DNA of 64,000 nucleotides, from assembly GCA_965215335.1 (NCBI GenBank), contig CBDCDA010000002.1:704001-768000 (forward strand), written 5' to 3'. The position numbers were made by a program, and so were the translations under genes. Below, in pieces: positions 20,596 through 30,625 of the stretch (its first letter is position 1; the number at the start of each line of letters is the position of its first letter). The notes under the pieces are model-generated. The model was not told where the DNA came from. It worked only from the letters and a program-made list of their open reading frames with translations, and did not search any database. The DNA is from an uncultured Candidatus Entotheonella sp. (lineage in GTDB: Bacteria > Tectomicrobia > Entotheonellia > Entotheonellales > Entotheonellaceae).

Positions 20596-21225
20596 ATGCC
20601 ACGCCTGCAACTCACGGACGGCCCTCCTATTTCCCATGAATCCACTGGCGACGGCTTCCCCCTCATCCTGCTTCCCGGCCCCGAGGGGGTCGCCGCCTGG
20701 TCGCCCCACATGCCCCTCCTCGGCGAGATCTGTCATACCATCGCCTACGAGTTCTGCCGGCCCCAACCGGCCGGCTGCCAACCCGCCACCGCATACCTCC
20801 CCGCCCTTCTTGACGCTCTGCGCCTCGAACGCTTCTATCTCGCCAGCCCCGCCCCCGCCTGGTTGCCGGCCTTGCAATTCGCCCGCCGTCACCCCGAAGC
20901 CCTGGAAGCCCTTCTCCTCGTCGATCTTCCCGACCCTGCCGCTGAAGCACCGCTACCCGACCACACCCTTGCCGCGCATCTGCCCGGCATGGCCCTGCCG
21001 ACCCGCATCCTTCTCTCCCACGACGCCAGCCCCGCGCGCCCCGTCGCCGACTGCCTCTCAACCCATCTGCCCCATTGCCGCACCCTCACCATGGGCCGGC
21101 TTGCCCAGGTTCAACCCGACCTTCCCAAGGCTCCCCGCCGCCAACTCTCCCACCTCATGATGCAGTTCCTCCTCGATCGCGAACGTCACCGCAACCTCGT
21201 TCGCGGCGCCTCGTTTTTGTTGTAG
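20596..21225 (+). CDS. Alpha/beta-hydrolase-fold protein, probably non-catalytic
   Basis: GDGFPLILLPG...LDALRLERFYL...FARRHPE; no GxSxG motif. Confidence 0.6.
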   Translation: MPRLQLTDGPPISHESTGDGFPLILLPGPEGVAAWSPHMPLLGEICHTIAYEFCRPQPAGCQPATAYLPALLDALRLERFYLASPAPAWLPALQFARRHPEALEALLLVDLPDPAAEAPLPDHTLAAHLPGMALPTRILLSHDASPARPVADCLSTHLPHCRTLTMGRLAQVQPDLPKAPRRQLSHLMMQFLLDRERHRNLVRGASFLL

Positions 21226-21260
21226 CAGTGGGTTTGAAACCGGCCCTGCAAGACCCCTTA

Positions 21261-21446
21261 TCAACGCCCGCGAATATGGTACAGGTAGTACGCCTGCAGG
21301 GCCACGGCGAGCAGCGGGGCGCCGATTCGCAGCCCCATGCCAAGCGGGCTGGCGGGTTCGCCGCGCCAGCCGAGGCGGATGGCCAGAAGCAGGCAGACGA
21401 CGATACCGCTGGTGATGAGAAGGCGGTGGATTCTCATGAGTGTCAT
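21261..21446 (-). CDS. Small two-TM membrane protein
   Basis: Two hydrophobic stretches in 61 aa. Confidence 0.5.
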   Translation of the reverse strand: MTLMRIHRLLITSGIVVCLLLAIRLGWRGEPASPLGMGLRIGAPLLAVALQAYYLYHIRGR

Positions 21447-21515
21447 GGGGGAACCTCGTGTCAGGAAAACAGCCAGGTCGGATTGCGTCTCGCGAATCCG
21501 ACCTGCCGCCGCCAG

Positions 21516-22688
21516 TCAATAGGTGCGGATGACGCGGTAGGGGGTGATTTCGGCGTGGGTGAAGCCGTCCTGGGGCGAGAGGAATTCGACCTGCAGAACG
21601 TAGCCCTCGGCGTCGCGGGTATAGCGGGCAAACCGAAAGCCGGCCGCGGCCTCGCTGTCCGGGATTTGACGGCGCTTTCTGCCATGTCGCGAGACCAGTT
21701 GACGCAGGCTCCGCCAGTCACGGATCAGAGTTTCATCCGGCGGGGCATCATCGTTCTCAACCGTGTAGCGGCCGATCGCCTCGCGGATGTTCTGCAAGGA
21801 CCTTTCCAAGTCCGCGTCGGCCACTTGGGCCGCCTGTTTCTTCAGCCGCAGCCGCCGTGCCAGGCGTTGCCAGAACGGCCGCTTTTCTGGCTCTGGCTGG
21901 CCGACTGCAGCTGTGACCTGAGAAGGCGAGCGAAAGGTGTCATTGAATCCCTGCAAGGTGGCGTGGAATCGGGTGTCGGACAGGAGCCGCCCGATGTCCG
22001 ACGAGGTTGTCGTGACGATGGGCTCCTGAGGCAGCGGTTCCGGCGCATCGTCAAGTGGTTGCGAAACCGCGCCGTCGAGCTGTTCAGCCGCAGCGCGCGC
22101 CACCTGGCTGCCAAGCACCTGCCGCCGGCGGGCGAATCTGGCGTCCGTGACTGCGCTGATCAGCCAGATGTCAACTTCACGGATGAGCGTAAATCGCAGC
22201 CGCGACTCCTCCCTGGGAAAATTCACGGTGGTCAGATAGGTATCAATCGCCGTGATGATCTCGTACGGCGCCGCACCCTGTTTCGGCAGCAACGCCCATT
22301 CGTAGAGGTGCGCCACGTCAGGCGTGGATCGAATCGCCGTCACGTACACCTGATTCTCGCCGACCGGTGTCGTACCGGTGATGGTGTAGCGGAACGCCTC
22401 CACGAACTTCTGGCTAAGGAACAGGTCCGCCGTCCCCGTGGGGTGGCCGGCACCGCGCGCGCCGAACAGCCAACTGCCGAAAATCGACCCGTCGAGGTTG
22501 GCGCTTTCCAGGGTCAAGGCGCGCGCCTCGGCGAACCGGCCTTGCGACAACGCCGCAATGTACTGCTCCACCACGCTGTCCGGCTCGCTCTGAGCATATG
22601 CCAAACCGTTCAGCTGCAGCCATATCAACACGCCCGCAAACACCCAGCCTCTTTTCAGCATCCGTCTCCGTCTCCCACACCATGCCAT
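21516..22688 (-). CDS. Exported hypothetical protein; 5' region overlaps the left att site
   Basis: 390-aa ORF with signal-peptide-like N-terminus; may start at the ATG at 22661. Confidence 0.65.
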   Translation of the reverse strand: MAWCGRRRRMLKRGWVFAGVLIWLQLNGLAYAQSEPDSVVEQYIAALSQGRFAEARALTLESANLDGSIFGSWLFGARGAGHPTGTADLFLSQKFVEAFRYTITGTTPVGENQVYVTAIRSTPDVAHLYEWALLPKQGAAPYEIITAIDTYLTTVNFPREESRLRFTLIREVDIWLISAVTDARFARRRQVLGSQVARAAAEQLDGAVSQPLDDAPEPLPQEPIVTTTSSDIGRLLSDTRFHATLQGFNDTFRSPSQVTAAVGQPEPEKRPFWQRLARRLRLKKQAAQVADADLERSLQNIREAIGRYTVENDDAPPDETLIRDWRSLRQLVSRHGRKRRQIPDSEAAAGFRFARYTRDAEGYVLQVEFLSPQDGFTHAEITPYRVIRTY

Positions 22689-22694
22689 TTGTCA
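22677..22694 (+). repeat. Left att core ACACCATGCCATTTGTCA
   Basis: Identical 18-mer at 59538-59555. Confidence 0.85.
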
Positions 22695-22966
22695 GGCATA
22701 CTCCCCCCTCCGAATCTTCCCCCGGATTCCGCTCATTTCCTGCAATTTCAGCATTTCAGCCGGGCAGTGCCCTGCCCTGGCGGAAATCTCGACGCCGATT
22801 TCACGGACAATTCGGCGGACAGTCTCGCCGCGCCAGGAAAGGAGGCATGAAGCGGAGCAGGCCACAAGGAGCAAAAAGAGAACTGCCCCCATCTCGCCAT
22901 AAATGGGGGCAGCAAATCTGCCACGAGACCGTGGCAGCAATCCAACCATGCGGAGGAAATGTTACC

Positions 22967-24892
22967 ATGCACGGCCAGGCGAAACCACCCCGAATTGTCA
23001 TGGGCCCGCAGACGTTCAAGGACACCCTCTACGACGGCGCCGAGACCGGTTGGCTCACCCTCTTCTGCACCCCGAGCCGGCAAACCGTCTGGTTTCCCGT
23101 CACCGCGCCCGTCCCCGACCTCGACCTGGGGCAGAACTGCTACCTCGGCCTCGGCATTCGCCGTCAGCGACCCGACAACGGTCGCAGGCGCGGCACGACC
23201 GACGACGTCATCGGCGTCCCCGGCCTGTGGCTCGACCTCGACTACCACAGTCCCGGCGCCCACAAGGTGAAGCAACCCTTGCCGCCCGGCGAAGACGCCG
23301 CGCTCTCCCTGCTCGACGCCGCGCCCTACAAGCCGTCCCTCATCGTGCATTCCGGGCACGGCCTGCAAGTCTACTGGTTGTTCAAGGAAATCGCCGTCTT
23401 CGACTCCAAGGCACAACGGGAAGCCTTCGGGCGCCTGTGCCGCGGCTGGCAGCAGCTCTTCCGGCAGGCCGGCCGCGAAAAAGGCTGGCACGTCGACAGC
23501 ACCGCCGACCTCGCCCGCGTGCTGCGCATCCCCGGCACCCGCAACCTCAAGACCGGCGAGGCGCGCGAAGTCACCGTGCGCGAAGCCAGCGGCTTCCGTT
23601 ACGATCCCGCCGACTTCAGCGACTTCGCCGGACCCGAAGACGTCACGCCGGCGCCGGAGATTTCCCTGCCGTCCGGCGGTCATCCCGACCTGCGCGGCCT
23701 GCGCGTCCCGTCGCGCATCAAGTACCTCATCCGGCACGGCGACAGCATCGGCCAGTACCCCTCCCGCTCCGAAGCCCTCTTCGCCGTCCTCACGGCCCTG
23801 CTCGGCGCCGGCTATGACGACCGCGACGTCACCCGCCTGTGCCTGCTGGAGGCGCACGGCATTTCAGAGTTGCCACGCGAGAAAGGTCCGGCGTGGCTGG
23901 CGCAGGAACTCAGGCGGGCGCGCCACAAGGCAAACCGCCTCACCCGCCACGTCGAAGGCGAGCCCGAAGACGCCGACGACCTGATGACCGACACCATCTC
24001 GCCCCCGCGTCCCATCGTCGATGGCCTGCTCAACGAAGGCATGCTGCTGTTCGGCGGCAAGAGCAAGCGCGGCAAGTCCTGGCTCATGCTCGACCTCGCC
24101 CTGTCCGTCGCCACCGGCGGGCGCGTCTGGCGGCACTTTGCCGTTCCAGAGCCGCAGCCGGTGCTCTACATCGCCCTCGAAGACAGCAGGCGCCGCATCC
24201 AGCGGCGCCTCGACGACATCCAGCCCGGCGTCAGGACCAACGGCCGGTTGCAGCTGCTCTACACCTTTCCCCTGCTCAACGACGGCGGCCTGGACAAGCT
24301 GCGGCGCTACATCACCAGCGGTCACTACCGCCTCATCGTCATCGACGTTCTGGCCAGGGTCGAGCCCGCCGCCAGGGGCGGCAACGAGAAAACCTACCAC
24401 GACATCTACCGCATGTTCGCGCCGCTTCAGGACCTGCACCGCCAGCATCCCCTGTGCCTCGTCATGCTGACCCATCTCCGCAAGACCGAGGCCGACGACA
24501 TCTTCGACACCCTGCACGGCTCGGTAGCCTACCAGGGCGCGCAGGACTCCCTGTGGGTTCTGGAGCGCCCGCCTCACGACTCGACAGGGGTGTTGCACAT
24601 CCGTGAAAACGACGGCGACGACCAGGCCCTGCACGTTTCCTTCGTCGATGGCCACTGGGAATTCCTCGGCCATGACACCGATATGAAACTCTCTCAGAGC
24701 CGCAAGGCCATCCTGGAACTTTTCGAGGAAACGGAAAGACCTCTGAGCATCAACGAGATCCTCAAAGGCCTGTCGCGGTCTCGCGACCGCTACCAGGCGC
24801 TGAAAAAAACGTTGCACCGCATGATAGAAGACGAGCAGATCGTGCGGCTCGGGCGGGGTCGGTACGCCGCTTCGCGGGGCACCTTGCGGTAG
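22967..24892 (+). CDS. Primase-helicase replication protein (RepB-primase-like N-terminus plus AAA_25/RecA-like helicase)
   Basis: WLDLD, SGHGLQVYW, RVLRIPGTRN, SRSE; GKSKRGKS Walker A; IVIDVL; RBS GGAGG. Confidence 0.82.
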   Translation: MHGQAKPPRIVMGPQTFKDTLYDGAETGWLTLFCTPSRQTVWFPVTAPVPDLDLGQNCYLGLGIRRQRPDNGRRRGTTDDVIGVPGLWLDLDYHSPGAHKVKQPLPPGEDAALSLLDAAPYKPSLIVHSGHGLQVYWLFKEIAVFDSKAQREAFGRLCRGWQQLFRQAGREKGWHVDSTADLARVLRIPGTRNLKTGEAREVTVREASGFRYDPADFSDFAGPEDVTPAPEISLPSGGHPDLRGLRVPSRIKYLIRHGDSIGQYPSRSEALFAVLTALLGAGYDDRDVTRLCLLEAHGISELPREKGPAWLAQELRRARHKANRLTRHVEGEPEDADDLMTDTISPPRPIVDGLLNEGMLLFGGKSKRGKSWLMLDLALSVATGGRVWRHFAVPEPQPVLYIALEDSRRRIQRRLDDIQPGVRTNGRLQLLYTFPLLNDGGLDKLRRYITSGHYRLIVIDVLARVEPAARGGNEKTYHDIYRMFAPLQDLHRQHPLCLVMLTHLRKTEADDIFDTLHGSVAYQGAQDSLWVLERPPHDSTGVLHIRENDGDDQALHVSFVDGHWEFLGHDTDMKLSQSRKAILELFEETERPLSINEILKGLSRSRDRYQALKKTLHRMIEDEQIVRLGRGRYAASRGTLR

Positions 24893-24897
24893 GAGAC

Positions 24898-25137
24898 CTG
24901 GGGACACTGGGGACACTCGGGGACAACAGGGGGTGTCCCCGAGTTGGACGTTGATTTTCAAGGAGTTATGTGCCTGGGGACGCGGGGACGGCAGAATTCG
25001 CGCCCCAAAACCGGTGTCCCCAGTGTCCCCGAGCCGCCAACTTCCTTGCAACCTGTTGACAACAAACAGGTTAGACAAAAGCATCTGGGGACACCGGGGC
25101 CTCGAAAGCTGTCCCCTTTTCTGTCCCTTTGTCCCCA
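24898..25137. repeat. Iteron-like origin: GGGACA(C) direct and inverted repeats
   Basis: Multiple GGGGACA and TGTCCC(C) copies immediately after the primase-helicase. Confidence 0.65.
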
Positions 25138-25295
25138 AATGGCAGGAATCCGCTCGAAACGATGGCCGACACGCGCACCTTGCGCGTGTCGTTCGTCGCC
25201 GGTCACCGGGCAATACGGCAGGCACGAAGAGGAGACCGTCCGCCACACCTGACGCAAGAGCGGGCCGTGACAGGTCGGCGGGCAGAAAAAGGACG

Positions 25296-25553
25296 ATGAA
25301 CAGGACGCAGGCTCCCTACAAGGTCCGCTCGGCGATGGGCTGGATACGGGTTGACGACGAAACGCTGGCCCAACTCTACCAGGCCGGCATGTTGCACCTG
25401 GCGCATGGCTACTCGCCGCACGGCACGATCTCCGCCTGGCTGTCGGTGCAGCAGGTCCCCAACACGCGAGGAACCTGCAGATCCATGTACGAGGAAGTCT
25501 GGCCCGGCGACCTGCGAGACCTGGCGCATGCCAGGGCCATTGCCAAGGGGTAG
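25296..25553 (+). CDS. Hypothetical protein (85 aa)
   Basis: ATG with AAGGA RBS; co-oriented with neighbours. Confidence 0.5.
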   Translation: MNRTQAPYKVRSAMGWIRVDDETLAQLYQAGMLHLAHGYSPHGTISAWLSVQQVPNTRGTCRSMYEEVWPGDLRDLAHARAIAKG

Positions 25554-25607
25554 GCCGGCGCACGAGGGAACAGGTATCCGGAAACAGACTCGAAAGGAGA
25601 ACGTCAC

Positions 25608-26348
25608 GTGATTCGTCGAAGCCTCATGCTGTTCGCCATGCTCGCCCTCTTCGCCCCGACCGGGTGCGGACCTTCGGAACCTCGACTCGGCGGCGTGGAA
25701 AACACCGTCCAGTCCAGCGCCACCCGCCTGACTCGGTGCCAGGCCCCGATCGGCACCGTGGCACTGGTCGAGCCACGAGCGGAGATGCTCCAGGGACTCC
25801 AGCAAATCGGTCTGTCGTCCCCGGTTCCCATCCTGAAACTCCTCATGGCGCGCAGCGGTTGTTTCCAGGTCGTCGACCGCGGCGCCGCCTCCCGAGCACT
25901 CCAGCGCGAACGCGAACTGGCGGCGCAAGGCGAACTCCAGGCCGGCAGCAACATCGGCGGCGGTCAGCTGGTCGCCGCCGATTACCTCGTCACCCCCAAC
26001 GTCCTGTTCCAGGATCCCGACGCCGGCGGCTCGAACGTCGGCGGGATTCTTGGCGGCCTGCTGCCGGGAGTGCTCGGCGCCGTCGCCGGCGGCATCAAGA
26101 CGACGAATCTCGAAGCCCAGGTCCTGCTGACCCTCACCAACGTGCGCTCCGGCGTCCAGGAAGCGGTGGCCGAAGGGTCGGCGCAAAAGCGCGACGTCGG
26201 TTTCAACGTCGGCGCCCTGTTGCTCGGTGGCGGGGTCGGGGCCGGCGGGGTCGGCGGCGCCTATACCAGCACCGACGTCGGCAAGATTGTCATGGTGGCG
26301 TTCGTCGATGGGCTCAACAAGCTCGTCGCTCGGATCGGACAGGGGTAA
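25608..26348 (+). CDS. CsgG/HfaB-family lipoprotein
   Basis: Lipobox-like PTGC; SGCFQVVDRG...LQRERELA and ADYLVTP. Confidence 0.75.
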   Translation: MIRRSLMLFAMLALFAPTGCGPSEPRLGGVENTVQSSATRLTRCQAPIGTVALVEPRAEMLQGLQQIGLSSPVPILKLLMARSGCFQVVDRGAASRALQRERELAAQGELQAGSNIGGGQLVAADYLVTPNVLFQDPDAGGSNVGGILGGLLPGVLGAVAGGIKTTNLEAQVLLTLTNVRSGVQEAVAEGSAQKRDVGFNVGALLLGGGVGAGGVGGAYTSTDVGKIVMVAFVDGLNKLVARIGQG

Positions 26349-26549
26349 GCCGGTCACACCACGCCCTCCCTCACCGCCAACGAGTGAGACGCTCGCTACG
26401 CTACGCGATTCCGCAGGGCATGCCCTGCGGCTGTCGGACAGGATGGTCCTCGGGTTTCCGGATTCAGGCGAAGCCGGAGAACGAGTCGCAAGATTGGCGG
26501 AGCCAGGATACAATGACCGGGCGACAAGAACCCGCCCCGAGGAGGCGAC

Positions 26550-26918
26550 ATGTCATCCTGGCTCAAGGAGAAAGGAAGCGCCGTAGGCGCCATCGCCGGA
26601 ACCATCGCCGCATTCGTCGCCGTTCTGCAATTGTTCGTCGTCGGCCCGATGAACCAGCGCTTCGACGCCCTGCAAAAGCACCTGGACCAGCGCATCGACG
26701 ACCTGACGGTGCTGGTGAACCAGCGCTTCGACGCTCACGACCAGCGCTTCGATGCTCACGACCGGCACTTCGACGTCCAGGACCGGCGCCTCGACCGTCT
26801 TGCCGGCGAGATCGCGGAACTCCGCAAGCTGACCATCCGCATCGGTGAACGGCTATCGCGCAGCGAAGGCCAGATCGACGTCATCCGGGAGCAGATCAAG
26901 ACCGTGGACGCGCCCTGA
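26550..26918 (+). CDS. N-terminal TM plus heptad-repeat coiled-coil protein
   Basis: QRFDAHD repeats; ERLSRSEG C-terminal motif; RBS GGAGG. Confidence 0.75.
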   Translation: MSSWLKEKGSAVGAIAGTIAAFVAVLQLFVVGPMNQRFDALQKHLDQRIDDLTVLVNQRFDAHDQRFDAHDRHFDVQDRRLDRLAGEIAELRKLTIRIGERLSRSEGQIDVIREQIKTVDAP

Positions 26919-26990
26919 CGCCCCCGTACCCGCGTGCTGCCGGTGGGCCTGTTCGTGGCGATGGCGGCGATCATCCACGATCAGGGCGAG

Positions 26991-27545
26991 TCATTCGCTG
27001 TCAGCCAGCATCTTGTTGAGGGTCACCCGCGTCACCCGGAAGTGCCGCGCCACCTCGCCCTTGGTCATGTCGGGATCGAGCAGCATCGCCCTGGCCTTGC
27101 GCGCCTGATCCGGCGTCAGCTTGCGGGGCCTGCCGCCCTTGCGTCCACGTGCCCGGGCGGCCGCCAGGCCGGCACGGGTGCGCTCCCGGATCAGCGACCG
27201 CTCGAATTCCGCCAGCGCCGCGAACACGTGAAAGATCAACTTCCCCCCGGCGCTCCCCGTGTCAATCGACTCACGAAGCGACCGGAACCCGACGCCGCGT
27301 TCTTCCAGGTCCGCCACCGTCCCCACCAGGTCCTTGAGGCTGCGCCCCAGGCGGTCGAGACGCCACACCGTCAGGGTGTCGCCGGCTCGCAGCGCATCCA
27401 GGCACTTCGCCAGTTCCGGGCGCTCCCGGCTGCCCCCGGAAGTCCGTTCCTGGTAAATCCGCTCGCAGCCGGCCGCGCTGAGCGCGTCGAGTTGCAAGGC
27501 CGTATCTTGCGTCTCCGTCGAGACGCGCGCATATCCCAGGTGCAT
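26991..27545 (-). CDS. Serine resolvase/invertase
   Basis: GYARVST catalytic Ser, RLDRLGRS, AEFERSLIRERT and C-terminal HTH. Confidence 0.93.
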   Translation of the reverse strand: MHLGYARVSTETQDTALQLDALSAAGCERIYQERTSGGSRERPELAKCLDALRAGDTLTVWRLDRLGRSLKDLVGTVADLEERGVGFRSLRESIDTGSAGGKLIFHVFAALAEFERSLIRERTRAGLAAARARGRKGGRPRKLTPDQARKARAMLLDPDMTKGEVARHFRVTRVTLNKMLADSE

Positions 27546-28433
27546 AGAAACATCGACCTTTCCTGTAGGTTGTTATTTATACGGCTTCTTGTACACCCCG
27601 GGGCGCAAGAAAAGCCCTCCGCGACGGCTCGACGACGGCGTACAGATAACGTTGGTTTTTTGGATTGGGGAGTCCAGAGGGAATAGGGGTAATGATAGGG
27701 GTAATGTGTGTTTATATATGTATGTGTGTGTTGTGTGTGTATATGGTTGTGTGTGTGAAAATACTACCCCGATCAGTGTGGAAATGCATGGCAAGAACCC
27801 ATGCCTGAATATGTCATGCAAGGCTTGTATATTTCTGTTTTGAGTTGCACGAACATGCGGCGAGGGAATACCGGCGGGTGATTCGGTCGGCTTCGTCGCC
27901 CTGTGCACGATCTTGCCCCTGGCCGCTGAATCCGTCACCTGGGCAGTCGCGTTCCGCCAGCCTGCGCCGAAGCCAAGATTCAGGAAACACCCCGACGTCG
28001 TCCAGAAGCCGCGGCCACTCGACCATCAGGATGGTTCTTCACCTTCGCTCTGGGTAGTCAAGCCAGATTTGCAATAGCATGACCCCTGTGTAAACTGCAT
28101 CATCGCAGGCGTCACGTCTCGCAACGTCGGGGCAACCTGAGTCCCTGCCTCGATGGATTCGGGATCACGGTCAGGCGAGCTCGAGGATGGCCGTCGAATG
28201 AGTTGCACGAACGTGCAGCGAGGGAATACCGGTGGGTGACGTCGAATGGCGTGGCGGCTGTCGGAAGCCGCGGCCACTCGACCATCAGGGATGCCTTGCC
28301 GACGTGAAACTGTTCTGGGGCCGTTTGCGACTGCGAGCCTGGTTGTGGTTCTGCTGCACCATATGGCTGCCCTGGCTGTTCTTCAAGCACCGGCGACGGT
28401 CGCGCAAGGGCAAGTCCCGAGCCCGAAGCGCCC

Positions 28434-29321
28434 TCACCTGCCCAGGTACACCACCGTGATCTGCTCCCGCCCGTGCCCCATCTCCGCGCTGATGACACGC
28501 CGCGCCCGCTCGTCCAACGCTTTCTCGCGTGGTTTCAGGTCCTTGCGCGCCGGCCCGCCCGCTACCGGACACGCCCAGCCGGTCAGTTCCTCATAACGCG
28601 CCTGTGCATAGGCATGCCGCAACCCGTGCGGGCTGCGTATCCCGGCCTTGTACGTCTGCCGTTCGTAGACCCGGATATGCTGGTGGTACGTCGCCGTCGG
28701 AATGAGGGAGCCCTCGGGCGTCGTCCTGGCCAGTTCCCTGGCCCGCTCCACCAGGTCGCGCTGCTCGGGCGTGCGGATGGGAATCTCGCGTCGGCGCCTT
28801 CCCTTGCACCAGGACCCTTGCAGGACCAGCCTGTCGCCCTTGTCCGCCTCATGCGGCCTTATCTTCGTGGCTTCCTCGCGCCGCATGCCGAACTTCTCCT
28901 CCAACGCCAGGCTGAGGCGCACATGTGGACTCGGCACCCGCTCCAATAGCTCCGGCGTCAGCCTGAAAGCCTTCGACTGCTTCGCGCCATGCGAACGCTC
29001 CGGGACGCCCAACTCGGCATTGGTACGCGGCACCAGGTTCGGCTTGCCGATCCTGGCCGCCAGCCAGCGGACCGTGGACAGGCGGCCCTTGATCGTCACG
29101 ACCGCCAACCCCTTTTCCAGCCAGCGACTCACCAGGGCATCGAGATGCTTGCGCCTGAAATTGCCCGGCGACAGATGCCGGTATCCCATCTCCGAGAGTT
29201 CACGCGCCATGATGTGCAGGTGCGAGGCCCGATTCGCCCGCGTCCCGGCGCTGCCCTCGCGATTGTTGGCCGCCTCGAACTTGTGGAACAGGTACTTGTT
29301 GTTGGGCTTGTTGGCCGCCAT
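28434..29321 (-). CDS. Tyrosine recombinase (Integrase_1 / Phage_int_SAM_2-like)
   Basis: GMRREE, KG, HGLRH and MGHGR...VYLG catalytic residues; RBS GGAGG. Confidence 0.88.
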   Translation of the reverse strand: MAANKPNNKYLFHKFEAANNREGSAGTRANRASHLHIMARELSEMGYRHLSPGNFRRKHLDALVSRWLEKGLAVVTIKGRLSTVRWLAARIGKPNLVPRTNAELGVPERSHGAKQSKAFRLTPELLERVPSPHVRLSLALEEKFGMRREEATKIRPHEADKGDRLVLQGSWCKGRRRREIPIRTPEQRDLVERARELARTTPEGSLIPTATYHQHIRVYERQTYKAGIRSPHGLRHAYAQARYEELTGWACPVAGGPARKDLKPREKALDERARRVISAEMGHGREQITVVYLGR

Positions 29322-30169
29322 AGGACGCACCTCCGACGCTCGATTTTCAGCCTGAAAACCGCTCGGAACGCTACCGGATTGTCGTTGCGCTTAGTGTTGC
29401 TGGTCACCAGCCCTGACGTATCAGAGCGAGTACGGCAAACCGGCGACAGCCTGCAAGCCGTTACTTCCACTCAAGGAAGCAGACCAACTCAGTCCCGCAG
29501 GACTCGTTTGGGATAACCCGTCCTGCCCCGACAGCCTGGTGGCCGAGGGAAGCAGGGAAAAAGTCGATGGTCGGCCATTTTGGGCATGCCGTTGTCTGGC
29601 GTTTTTTCCCCAGAATGACGTTTGCGGCCCTTTATGAATCCATAAACCTCCTTTATTCAGTCAGTTAGCGTTTCAAGGGGTAGCGTTTTCGGGCGTCGTC
29701 TCTACCCGCTCGCTGGCGCTCGCAGTAGAGACGACGCTTGCGCGCCGTAAGTGAGCAGCCTTGCGGCTGCTGGCAGCCCCGGTCGCGGCTGGACGCCGCT
29801 GGGCTGCCGCCGTCGCTGGACGCGACGGAAACCCTTGTCGGCTGGACGCCGACAACGGCGCTTCGCAGCGCCCGCAGTGCAGGACGGTTGCATGCCGTCC
29901 TTCGATCAGTCCCTTCATCGCTCGTTCCTTGGTACCGTGACCTCGGACTTGCCTGGGGCACCGAAACGGCCCCGACCGGACTTCCCCATCTGCCGAGCAG
30001 ACGGCACAGCCTCGGATGGCCCGGACTGCGCGCCTCTTTCAACTCGAAGTGCTCCTTCCTGACGAATTCTTCAGCCACCTTGCTGCTCCTCGTCAGAGCG
30101 GACCGGATGGCCGCGGCCCCGGCCCACCCTGAAAACCAGGTGGACAGGGCTGCCGGCCCCGGTCGTCAA

Positions 30170-30520
30170 CTACTTGAAAAGCAGGTCCTTGAACAGAATC
30201 AGCGCAATCGCGCCGACGAAGCCAAAGACCACCAATGCATACAGCCGCACCAGCCAATTGCGCATCTGGCTTACGTCCAAATGAACTTGCGCAAAGCCCT
30301 GGTCCATCCGCCTTTCCAGACTGTCGAAGCGCTTGTCAACCTGCTCGAAGCGCTGGTTGAGATGAACAAGGTTCTGTTCCCGCGCCTTCTCGGCATCCGC
30401 CAACCGCTGGGTCATGCTGTCATAGCGCTGGTCGGCAAGCTCGTTCACATGAGCAAGGCCCGACTCCATGCGCTTCACGAACTCCTCGAAGTGCTCCTTC
30501 CTGACGAATTCTTCAGCCAC
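30170..30520 (-). CDS. Array-1 coiled-coil protein, C-terminal TM type I (116 aa)
   Basis: MAEEFVRKEHFEEF start with GGAG RBS; DUF1640/Bdr-like head-stalk-anchor layout. Confidence 0.8.
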   Translation of the reverse strand: MAEEFVRKEHFEEFVKRMESGLAHVNELADQRYDSMTQRLADAEKAREQNLVHLNQRFEQVDKRFDSLERRMDQGFAQVHLDVSQMRNWLVRLYALVVFGFVGAIALILFKDLLFK

Positions 30521-30625
30521 GTTGCTGCTCCTTGTCAGAGCGGACCGGATGGCCGCGGCCCCGGCCCACCCTGAAAACCAGGTGGACAGGGCTGCTGGCC
30601 CCGGTCGTCGATCCCTGTACGGGGA

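Noticed and set aside
22677..22694. tRNA gene as the integration target
   Set aside because: No cloverleaf or T-loop motif near either att copy; no tRNA or rRNA recognised anywhere in the window.
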